Of a DNA stretch of 64,000 nt, positions 41,416 to 51,514 are shown piece by piece. The position numbers were made by a program, and so were the translations under genes. The DNA is from Methanothrix sp. (GTDB lineage: Archaea > Halobacteriota > Methanosarcinia > Methanotrichales > Methanotrichaceae). The stretch spans positions 192,001 through 256,000 of the forward strand of contig OY821645.1 of assembly GCA_963682135.1 (NCBI GenBank), written 5' to 3'. The notes beneath the pieces were generated by a model. The model was not told where the DNA came from. It made no database searches and saw nothing but the letters and a program-made list of their open reading frames with translations. Position 1 is the stretch's first letter. Every line of letters starts with the position of its first letter.

Positions 41416-42501
41416 TTAGCCCTTGGTCTTTCTCTTCTTCTGTTTGGCTGCTTCAGGAGGCTCCTTAACAACAACTGCTCGCTTAATCGCCCTGAGACGT
41501 GTCATGACATCATCTCCGTATGGAGTGAGTGTCCAATATGTGGCGTTGTCTTTGACGCTTCGCGCTTTTTCGCTCTTGGCAATTAGACCGAGTGCACGAA
41601 GCTGCACTTTTATGGTCTGGAAGTCTTGGCCATTCAACGAGAAATTACTCAGCATGCAATCCGTCAGATCCTTGTCTCTGGTAAGATTTTCGCGGTTCCT
41701 GTCCTCAGAGAAGCGATCAAGACCAGCCTTAAATGTGCGCTCGGACGCCTCGTTGATCATTAGAGGCGCCAAAACCGCGAATATTTCATTCCATGTTGCC
41801 TGAAATGTTCCCGTCCAGTCAGAGGTATCGTATATCTTGTTCTCTGATGAGAAGCTATATCTAAGTATGTGAAGTTCTTCGCCTTGTGCCAAATCCTCAG
41901 TTCCCTTTGGTGCTGCCGTCCGACTTCGTGCTAGTTCTGCCTGTAGTTCGTCGACGCGCTGCCGCAACTTTAGAAGCTCGAGCGTAGCATTCCGGTCGGG
42001 CAATTCGTCCGCTCTTACCCAGCCGATGGCTGGTGTTGTCTTCATCAATTGAATGAGACTGCGGCTAACCACAGAGCCAAGTTCTGAAGGGGATGCCCAT
42101 TGCTTGCACAACTTCTTCTCCACGAAGGATCGGAAAGCGACGAGTTTCTCCTTTCCTTCTTGTGTCGTCTCGCACTTGTTGGACTGAATTGTGCCGGGGT
42201 CTTTGTGGAGGAAAGCGATTGTGGGTTTCCCAATCTCAAGAGCATACCTGTATTCCATCTCAGTATAGCTCAACCCATCTGGACCACAGGAACCGTATCG
42301 TCCACCGAGGATTAGCACATAGTAGTCGCATTCTTCGATAACGCGCTTGATTAATGACCATTGGCTCTCGTCGGCTGCAGGGAATAACTCCATTCCTGCA
42401 GGGATACAGTCTAACTCCAAGAGCGCATGCATAACTTCTTGACGCTCCTCCTGAAGGTCTTGGTATGTGCTGCTCACAAAGATCTGGTACCGTTTTTCCA
42501 T
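41416..42501 (-). CDS. DUF4062 domain protein
   Basis: YQIFVSSTYQDL, GMELF, GGRYGS and SYTEMEY motifs. Confidence 0.9.
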   Translation of the reverse strand: MEKRYQIFVSSTYQDLQEERQEVMHALLELDCIPAGMELFPAADESQWSLIKRVIEECDYYVLILGGRYGSCGPDGLSYTEMEYRYALEIGKPTIAFLHKDPGTIQSNKCETTQEGKEKLVAFRSFVEKKLCKQWASPSELGSVVSRSLIQLMKTTPAIGWVRADELPDRNATLELLKLRQRVDELQAELARSRTAAPKGTEDLAQGEELHILRYSFSSENKIYDTSDWTGTFQATWNEIFAVLAPLMINEASERTFKAGLDRFSEDRNRENLTRDKDLTDCMLSNFSLNGQDFQTIKVQLRALGLIAKSEKARSVKDNATYWTLTPYGDDVMTRLRAIKRAVVVKEPPEAAKQKKRKTKG

Positions 42502-42602
42502 TGCTTAATCCTCTTGGGCTAATGACGTAAATCACCAGCGGCTAAAGGTCGTTCGAGGGATGGGCTTACTTTCGCTTTCCATAAGTTCTTTGACCATTTC
42601 TA

Positions 42603-42703
42603 CCGCTACAGTATGCTGACAATAAAGACAATGTGATCATGAACACAGAATATCTCTCTGCGTTTGGGCATCTCCAACATTTTTTTTCATTTCAGATGAA
42701 TTT
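42603..42703 (-). pseudogene. DUF3795 3'-end remnant 1
   Basis: FI*NEKKCWRCP...CVH...CLYCQH with indels. Confidence 0.7.
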
Positions 42704-42817
42704 TAATGAACAAGGCGGAAATGGCCTCCATTTGGTCTTACTTATTGCTGAATATGGCGCTCATCGCCACAGATCTGAGCCATAGCACCCTGTTCCTCCC
42801 CTCTGCCTCCTCCTCCA

Positions 42818-43324
42818 TTATCTGGTTGCAGCAAAGGCATCATTAAATGCCACAGTACCGCTGGCTTTGCTTTCAACGAATGGCAATGCCAGAACGTACT
42901 CTTTGGGAACCCCCTCAATTACCAGGTCTTTGGGACTTCTAAAGCCAAACCGCCCGTAGAATCCGGGATCTCCCACGAGGATGCAGCCCTTTGCGCCCAT
43001 TGACCTTAACCTGGCCAGGCCCTCCTGCATCAGAGTCTTTCCGATACCTTGCTTCTGCAATTCCGGCAGCACCGAGATGGGTCCCAGACCATACCAACCT
43101 GAGCTGCCATCGGAGATGGTCACTGGCGAGAAAGCTATGTGGCCGACCACCCGATTGCCAGCCACTGCCACCAGCGAGACGGAAAGCATATTGGCATCTC
43201 GCAGCGCATCAACAATGAACTGTTCTGTGTGTTGGCTGATAGCAAGACTTTCGAAAGCAGCTATCGTGATCTCTGATATTGTTTTGATGTCCGACTCGGT
43301 CTCATTGCGAATAATGATGTCCAT
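42818..43324 (-). CDS. GNAT N-acetyltransferase (YhbS-like), copy 1
   Basis: GPISVLPELQKQGIG and VGDPGFYGRFGF motifs. Confidence 0.92.
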   Translation of the reverse strand: MDIIIRNETESDIKTISEITIAAFESLAISQHTEQFIVDALRDANMLSVSLVAVAGNRVVGHIAFSPVTISDGSSGWYGLGPISVLPELQKQGIGKTLMQEGLARLRSMGAKGCILVGDPGFYGRFGFRSPKDLVIEGVPKEYVLALPFVESKASGTVAFNDAFAATR

Positions 43325-43350
43325 TTCTAAATCACATCTCCTGTTTTATC

Positions 43351-43405
43351 TATTGACAATAAAGACATTGCGGCTTACGAACGCGGATTATCTCACCGCA
43401 TCTGC
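43351..43405 (-). pseudogene. DUF3795 3'-end remnant 2
   Basis: CRCGEIIRVRKPQCLYCQ*. Confidence 0.7.
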
Positions 43406-43452
43406 AATAATTTTATATTCTAGTCCCTGCTGTTATATGCTGGTGAAAAGAT

Positions 43453-43668
43453 GTGAAGTTTGGAGAAAAGAATGTTGGCATGATTGATCGTGTGGTCAGG
43501 ATCGTTCTTGGAATTATCCTGCTCTATCTCTTCGTGGTAAATATGGTTGCAGCACCATGGTCGTATCTTGTTGCGCTTATCGGACTGATCCTGCTGGTGA
43601 CCGGAGTTGTCGGGAGCTGTCCTCTCTATTCGATGCTCGGCATGAATACGCTAGGCAAGAATGCGTAA
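43453..43668 (+). CDS. DUF2892 (YgaP-like) membrane protein
   Basis: NVGMIDRVVR...CPLYSMLG. Confidence 0.9.
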   Translation: MKFGEKNVGMIDRVVRIVLGIILLYLFVVNMVAAPWSYLVALIGLILLVTGVVGSCPLYSMLGMNTLGKNA

Positions 43669-43685
43669 GAAGAAAGATTCGACCT

Positions 43686-44144
43686 CTAGTCAGGCAACAC
43701 TAATTTGCCTTGCGCAAGTTCAATAAGCGGATTGTATGCCACTTCCCATGGATGGCCGTCAGGATCTGCGAAATATCCGGAATAACCTCCCCACTCGGTA
43801 TTGCCTGCCGCTTTAAGAAGTGTCCCGCCAGCCAGAACGGCCTGCGACAACGCTTTATCAACTTCCTCTTTAGACGAGACATTTTGCGCCAGAGTGATTC
43901 CACCGTAGCCTCCCAAGTCCTCAACACAGGCATCCTTGGCAAGCAGATGACGGGGATAAAGTGCCAATGCAGTCTCGGTACTGATCTTGAATATGGCAAA
44001 GTCACCTCCGCTGATGCTGGACAGCGGCCAGCCCAGGCCGTCCCTGTAAAACTGGATGGCTCTCTCGATATTCTTAACCCCAAGAGTGACGATATTTAGA
44101 CGCGGCTGCAATATTTTACCTCCTGTAGCTTGACTATTCTGCAT
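43686..44144 (-). CDS. VOC/glyoxalase family protein
   Basis: VTLGV and WGGYSGYFADPDGHPWEVA motifs. Confidence 0.9.
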   Translation of the reverse strand: MQNSQATGGKILQPRLNIVTLGVKNIERAIQFYRDGLGWPLSSISGGDFAIFKISTETALALYPRHLLAKDACVEDLGGYGGITLAQNVSSKEEVDKALSQAVLAGGTLLKAAGNTEWGGYSGYFADPDGHPWEVAYNPLIELAQGKLVLPD

Positions 44145-44184
44145 GCTGTTGTGCAATCCGATGACCTGGTGACTTTATCAAATC

Positions 44185-44616
44185 CTAACGCCAGGAGTGC
44201 TGGCAATAAAGACATTGTGGCTTGTGAACGCAGAGCATCTCACCGCATTTTGGGCAGACCCATCGTTCTTTTTCGGCTCTTATGAAATGCCTTATGCCGA
44301 ATTTTCGAATGTTCTCAAGATTACTGATCATGCTCATGCCGTACTTGGTTTTGTACCGCTTATCCAAATGCTTGAGCCTGTCACAAGGGAAGCTGTTACA
44401 GCCAAAGCAGTACCTGGCTTTGGAGTTTGCCATCTCCTCGCAGTTCTTGATTTTGCATTCTACACACGATTTGGATTTGAGGCTGTCGTCGTACCGGCAA
44501 CCTGAGCATGGTTTCCGCTCTCTTGTAAATGCGCGGCAGAGACGGCAATTCATTCCACAGGGAGCGAGCAGCTTCGTGGAAATTGCCATTGTCTTTGTCG
44601 ATCTTCTAGATGTCAT
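44185..44616 (-). CDS. DUF3795 Cys-rich protein
   Basis: APCGMNC, CSGC, CKIKNC, CFGCNSFPC and WVCPKCG...CLYC motifs. Confidence 0.85.
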   Translation of the reverse strand: MTSRRSTKTMAISTKLLAPCGMNCRLCRAFTRERKPCSGCRYDDSLKSKSCVECKIKNCEEMANSKARYCFGCNSFPCDRLKHLDKRYKTKYGMSMISNLENIRKFGIRHFIRAEKERWVCPKCGEMLCVHKPQCLYCQHSWR

Positions 44617-44672
44617 GTCAAGATCCTTAAGAGGCTGAGTTCTCTGTTCCGCCCTCGGCCCCAGCGCCATTG

Positions 44673-45179
44673 TTATCTGGTTGCAGCAAAGGCATCATGA
44701 AATGCCACAGTACCGCTGGCTTTGCTTTCAACGAATGGCAATGCCAGAACGTACTCTTGGGGAACGCCTTCAATAAACATGTCCGGGGGACTTCGAAAGC
44801 CGAACCGCTCGTAGTAGCCGGGATCTCCCACGAGAATACAACCCTTTGCACCCAATGACTTTAACCTGGCCAGCCCTTCTTGCATCATGGATTTTCCGAT
44901 GCCCTGCTTCTGCAATTCCGGCAAGACAGAGATAGGACCGAGACCATACCAATCCGGGCTGCCATCGGAGATCGTCACAGGCGAGAAAGCTAAATGGCCG
45001 ACCACCCGCTTCCCTGAAACTGCCACCATCGAGATTGTAAGCACATTAGCATCTCGCAGTGCATCAATAATGAACTGCTCCGTTTGGTTACTAACTGCAA
45101 GAGCCTCAAAAGCTGCTTTCGTGATCTCAGATATCGCTTTAATGTCCGACCTGGTCTCATTGCGGATAATGATATCCAT
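44673..45179 (-). CDS. GNAT N-acetyltransferase, copy 2
   Basis: 168 aa; close paralog of 42818-43324. Confidence 0.92.
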   Translation of the reverse strand: MDIIIRNETRSDIKAISEITKAAFEALAVSNQTEQFIIDALRDANVLTISMVAVSGKRVVGHLAFSPVTISDGSPDWYGLGPISVLPELQKQGIGKSMMQEGLARLKSLGAKGCILVGDPGYYERFGFRSPPDMFIEGVPQEYVLALPFVESKASGTVAFHDAFAATR

Positions 45180-45210
45180 GTCTAACTCACACCTCCTGCT
45201 TTTCCTTTGA

Positions 45211-45294
45211 TCATTTGTACCGCCATGTTTGTTGACAATAAAGACATTGCGGCTTGTGAACGCTGATTTTTTCATCGCATTTCGGGAAGCTGCA
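45211..45294 (-). pseudogene. DUF3795 3'-end remnant 3
   Basis: CSFPKCDEKISVHKPQCLYCQQTWRYK*. Confidence 0.75.
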
Positions 45295-45388
45295 TCTTTG
45301 ATATATGTTTAGGAAAAGAGAATCTAATCCAGAAATCCTTATATATGAATAGATTGATATGACTAGTAATAAATCACGTTGGTAGGCT

Positions 45389-45862
45389 ATGCTGATGCTG
45401 GATAAAGAACTCCCAATGCTCCCTAGAAAAAGATTGCTCCATTCTCTGCCTGGAATTGAGAAAGCCTCCTGTTGCGACGATAACGCTTGCTGCGAGGCAG
45501 AAAATACTCTCTTCCGGCTTTATGGAGATAGAAGCATAGCCAGAGAGCGATGTCTCCGGGTATGCGCTCAGGTAAAAAAGATAGACGAAGAGGATTTGAC
45601 TGTCGAGATGAAGGTCTTTAAGGCCGCAGCGGACGCCACCCGCCTCAAGATTCTCAAGCTTCTCAGCAGCGGAGAGCTTTGCATTGTTGAAATGATGCTG
45701 GCTCTGAAAAGACCGCAGTCTTCCATATCCCATAATCTCTCCATACTCGAGGACGCGGGGCTTGTAAAAGAGAGAAAGGAAGGAAAATGGTGTCGCTACA
45801 GGATCTCGGATGGGACTGTCACTGATATGCTCAACCTAGCCGGACGGTTCAAGCGAAAATGA
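45389..45862 (+). CDS. ArsR/SmtB repressor with Cys-rich N-terminus
   Basis: SCC...ACC; FKAAADATRL, ELCIVE and SHNL motifs. Confidence 0.8.
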   Translation: MLMLDKELPMLPRKRLLHSLPGIEKASCCDDNACCEAENTLFRLYGDRSIARERCLRVCAQVKKIDEEDLTVEMKVFKAAADATRLKILKLLSSGELCIVEMMLALKRPQSSISHNLSILEDAGLVKERKEGKWCRYRISDGTVTDMLNLAGRFKRK

Positions 45863-45898
45863 TATTTCAATTGTCTTGATTGTTAAAATGCCAATGGG

Positions 45899-46705
45899 GT
45901 GGATGATATGGTTGGAGGACAGACAGACGTTAAACTCGTGAGCAACGCTATGGCCAATGCCACGAGAAGAAAGATCATGACCATGTTGGTTGAGAAAGAG
46001 AGAACTAGAGCTGAGGTCGAGCAGACAGCCGGAGCCAGCATGCTCGACTACCACCTGCAAATGCTGCAGCAAGCGGGCCTCGTCGATATCAAGGACGAAG
46101 TGATCATCCTGACCGACTTCGGCAAGAACTTCATGGAAACGAAGGCCGAAAAGCCAGCCCAGGCCAGAAAGGACCTTTCCGGGACAGCGCCCCTGCAAAT
46201 TACACAGGTCCGGCAGCTTCTCCCTTGCATTGCCGATGTCTCCAAGTTTCGCATCATCGCCCGGTTGGAGCCAGAGCTCGGCGGCGCCCTGAAGCTGCTG
46301 GAGCCCTTATTTCCGCGGGCCAGATACTCGGAGAGGATCGGCGCCCTCATCATCCAGAAGGGCAACATCCTCATCACCCTTTATACCACTGGCAATGTGA
46401 CCATGACCATGATCAGCAGCGAGGCCGAAGCCCGGGCAGTTCTGGAAAGCCTGAAAGAGACCATCAATAATGCCATCGCCAGCGGCATTACGCCCGCGGC
46501 CAGGGAGAGGGTTATGGTGGATCATGCCGAGGTTTACAAATATCTGCCTAAAACAGACTGCAAGATCTGTGGAGAGCAGAGCTGCTATGCTTTCGCTATC
46601 CGGCTGGTAGGTGGAGAGACTACTCTGGAGAAGTGCACGCCGCTATTGGAGCCCAAGTTCGCCACCAGCCTGGAGACCCTGCGGGCCCTTCGAGAGTATC
46701 TGTGA
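45899..46705 (+). CDS. ArsR-type HTH fused to putative Fe-S domain
   Basis: N-terminal HTH; YLPKTDCKICGEQSCYAFA...CTPL. Confidence 0.8.
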   Translation: MDDMVGGQTDVKLVSNAMANATRRKIMTMLVEKERTRAEVEQTAGASMLDYHLQMLQQAGLVDIKDEVIILTDFGKNFMETKAEKPAQARKDLSGTAPLQITQVRQLLPCIADVSKFRIIARLEPELGGALKLLEPLFPRARYSERIGALIIQKGNILITLYTTGNVTMTMISSEAEARAVLESLKETINNAIASGITPAARERVMVDHAEVYKYLPKTDCKICGEQSCYAFAIRLVGGETTLEKCTPLLEPKFATSLETLRALREYL

Positions 46706-46723
46706 TGCGAGAGTATCTGTGAT
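46691..46723. repeat. 16-bp tandem duplication over the stop codon
   Basis: cgagagtatctgtgat g cgagagtatctgtgat. Confidence 0.85.
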
Positions 46724-46744
46724 ATGCATGAGGACAGGTAAGAA

Positions 46745-47113
46745 ATGGGCACCCTAACCATCATTCTCACGGACGGGCCTTACATCTCTCAATATGCCGA
46801 GATGGCCTGCAAGATTGCCGGAGCGGCGATTGGAAAAGCGCACAGGGTAAATATCTTCCTCTATCTGGATGCGGTCCATATTCCCAAAGCCCGCCAGAGT
46901 CCCGCCTTCTTTGCCAACGTGGGAGAGCTCTTTGCCGAGATGGCCCGGCTGGGGGTTAAGGTGGAGGCCTGTCCCAGGTGCGCTACGGCGCGCGGCTACG
47001 CTCTCCAGGGTGAAACGAGCGAGGATTACATCGAGAGGATAAGGATCACCAGCCTCTACCGCCTAGCAGAGATGCTGCAAGAGAGCGACAGGGTGGTGAC
47101 GCTGGCAAGATGA
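46745..47113 (+). CDS. DsrE/TusD-like sulfur relay protein
   Basis: GPY, FLYLDAV and ACPRCATARG motifs. Confidence 0.85.
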   Translation: MGTLTIILTDGPYISQYAEMACKIAGAAIGKAHRVNIFLYLDAVHIPKARQSPAFFANVGELFAEMARLGVKVEACPRCATARGYALQGETSEDYIERIRITSLYRLAEMLQESDRVVTLAR

Positions 47114-47451
47114 GATCTGTATTCTTTCTCCTGGACAGTGCCCCCTACGGCAGCGAGAAGGCATTCGGCCTGCTCAACGCCGCCGCGGTGAGCGGCGAGA
47201 TGGATGTAACTGTTGGCCTTTACGCAGACGGCGTCTACCTGGCCCTGGCCGGTCAGGACAGCCGGGATTTGCACCTGCCCAACCACTCTGACATCCTCTA
47301 CGCCTATCCGGAGATGAGGTTACTGGCCCATGAGCCATCTCTGGCGGATCGGGGCCTCATGAGCATGGGCCTGGTGGAGAGGGTGGAGCTAATGGATGAA
47401 GAGCAGTTCTTTGAGGAGATGCTGCAATCGGACGGCATCATACTATTATGA
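47110..47451 (+). CDS. DsrF/TusC-like protein
   Basis: APYGSE, DGVY and SLADRG motifs; ATGA overlap. Confidence 0.8.
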   Translation: MRSVFFLLDSAPYGSEKAFGLLNAAAVSGEMDVTVGLYADGVYLALAGQDSRDLHLPNHSDILYAYPEMRLLAHEPSLADRGLMSMGLVERVELMDEEQFFEEMLQSDGIILL

Positions 47452-47783
47452 TGATAATTCTCCTGACAAAAACGCCTCAAAGCGAGCGCGCAAGACTATG
47501 CCTGCGACTCCTGGAAGGCTCCTGTGATGCTGTGGTCTATCTGGCAGGAGATGGTGTCTACAATCTGCTCGGCCAGGACGAGCCGGATTGCACCAGCCAG
47601 GAGACCCGTCGTTTGGATAAGACTCTCGCGGCACTTCTGCCCAGGGATAAAATCATGGCCTGCCGAGAAGACCTGGCTGCTAGAGGCCTCTCTGCTGATG
47701 GCAAAGCAACGGTCCCCGTGAATTTCTATGAGTTGCTGGTTGATGACATGATGGAGGAAGGCAGCCGGTTCTATACTTTTTAG
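47448..47783 (+). CDS. DsrH/TusB-like protein
   Basis: GDGVY and EDLAARG motifs; ATGA overlap. Confidence 0.8.
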   Translation: MMIILLTKTPQSERARLCLRLLEGSCDAVVYLAGDGVYNLLGQDEPDCTSQETRRLDKTLAALLPRDKIMACREDLAARGLSADGKATVPVNFYELLVDDMMEEGSRFYTF

Positions 47784-47831
47784 CCTATTGGACGGAATGC
47801 GTTCCTGGGTTGCGGCAATCGGCAGAAAGTA

Positions 47832-47942
47832 GTGAACTACCGCCTCCTGAAGGATGGGGACTTCCCGCTCTGTCCTTCGCAATCCTACCAGTTAAAGATA
47901 TGAGCCGGAACGTGCGATACCTTTGTACCTATTCTTGAATAG
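47832..47942 (-). mobile_element. orphan IS200/IS605-type right end (omega-RNA-like remnant)
   Basis: Minus strand ...ggaagtccccatccttcaggaggcggtagttcac: hairpin plus TTCAC terminus; no tnpB nearby. Confidence 0.55.
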
Positions 47943-47949
47943 TGAAGTT

Positions 47950-48137
47950 CTGAATCAACAAAGGCGCGGCTCTTGCCAAGCAACACAGATACGATGAAGC
48001 ATTAGCGCATTTCGACCGGGTGCTTGAGACGATCCGCTGAATGCCGATGCCGGGGTCAGCCGGGGCGAGGCTTGTAGCGCATGAACCGGTACGCAGAAGC
48101 TATCGAAGATATCAATCGGGCAGATCATGTAAAATGA
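47950..48137 (+). pseudogene. TPR-repeat remnant
   Basis: NKGAALAKQHRYDEALAHFDRVLE/DPLNADA..RG../RYAEAIEDINRA across frameshifts and a stop. Confidence 0.6.
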
Positions 48138-48294
48138 GGAGGGTGGGCGAGAGAGAAGGAGCGCATGAGCCTGGAGATCTGATGTCCGCCGAATAGGAGG
48201 AAGGCAAAAGTCTTAGTGTAGGAGGGATTAAATGATGGTCTTCGACTTTTGCCGAATAGACTGTAATCGTTCGCCGATATTTAAGGATTTCGCC

Positions 48295-50454
<2,160 letters not shown>

Positions 50455-50548
50455 ATCGTATTCTTCCTGGAAATAGATGAATTTAAATGTATACCTGGAA
50501 ATGCAATCTGTAATCGATTATAGAAAAAGGAGATGGGGTAGCTGCTAT

Positions 50549-51373
50549 TCACACGCATGGTAGCCAGTCAACGCTGATGGCTCCGCATGTGGAATTTCCC
50601 CAAAGCTGGATGAACTTCTCGATGGAGAAGACGCCGGTCAGGTCCTCGACCGATCTGCCGTATTCAGCATGACGGCCCTTGAGCTGATCGTCAGCTTTGG
50701 GATCGCGGGAGATCCAGCCGATGTGGGCAACGCCAATGACGTTGCTGTTCAGGTTTGCTTCCAGGACACCGGTGCAGCAAGCTGGACAGCCACTATTTGA
50801 GAGATCATAGAAGCCCCTCTGACCGGAGATGGGTACAAAGGAAACGATTCCATATCCTCTTGTCTTGACCTCGGTGGTCTTTTGCAGGTGCTCAGCATGA
50901 GTGTACATCTCGGTCAGCACAGCGCCGATTCTGTAGTTTTGCACACACAACTTCTCAACCCACTTTTGATCGTAGGTGCCTGTTTGGTAAGAGACGGGCA
51001 TATACTCAAATTCAGCTTCCTTGGTGAAATTGATATAGTCCATCGGGCAGAACACACCAGTTGGCCACTGACACATAAAATCAACTCGAACGAGCTGGCC
51101 ATTATAATAAGTATATTTATCACCTATTGCGTAACCAGTCCTGTTGAGCTGCCTCTCAGCCTCAAGTTCGGTCTTCTCGGTAATTACGTTGCCGGATCCG
51201 GACTCCTTCTCTACCAGCTTCTGGCCGTTAAAGCCTGTCTGGGTGGACACGATCATCTCTACATTCTTGTAGCCGACACCCTTGACAGATGCCTTTTCGT
51301 ACATGTAGTTTGCAGCTGTAGCCATGCCGATCAATGCAATAGCTATCACTGCCAAAACAAGTATTCTCCTCGT
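50549..51373 (-). CDS. secreted beta-rich protein, candidate sheath (MspA-like) paralog
   Basis: Signal peptide (M)RRILVLAVIAIALIGMATA from an ACG after AAGGAGG; C-terminal DWLPC. Confidence 0.6.
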   Translation of the reverse strand, partial: TRRILVLAVIAIALIGMATAANYMYEKASVKGVGYKNVEMIVSTQTGFNGQKLVEKESGSGNVITEKTELEAERQLNRTGYAIGDKYTYYNGQLVRVDFMCQWPTGVFCPMDYINFTKEAEFEYMPVSYQTGTYDQKWVEKLCVQNYRIGAVLTEMYTHAEHLQKTTEVKTRGYGIVSFVPISGQRGFYDLSNSGCPACCTGVLEANLNSNVIGVAHIGWISRDPKADDQLKGRHAEYGRSVEDLTGVFSIEKFIQLWGNSTCGAISVDWLPCV

Positions 51374-51514
51374 TCGATTCCCTCCTTATTTGATCCCAAT
51401 CACTAACATGTACAATCATATTTAAACGTTAGGAACGGAAAAATCTAAGCATTTTCCGAAACACCTAAAGTAAGCGTATGCACCTTCTTTTAATGGATCT
51501 GCAAAGTAGATCCT

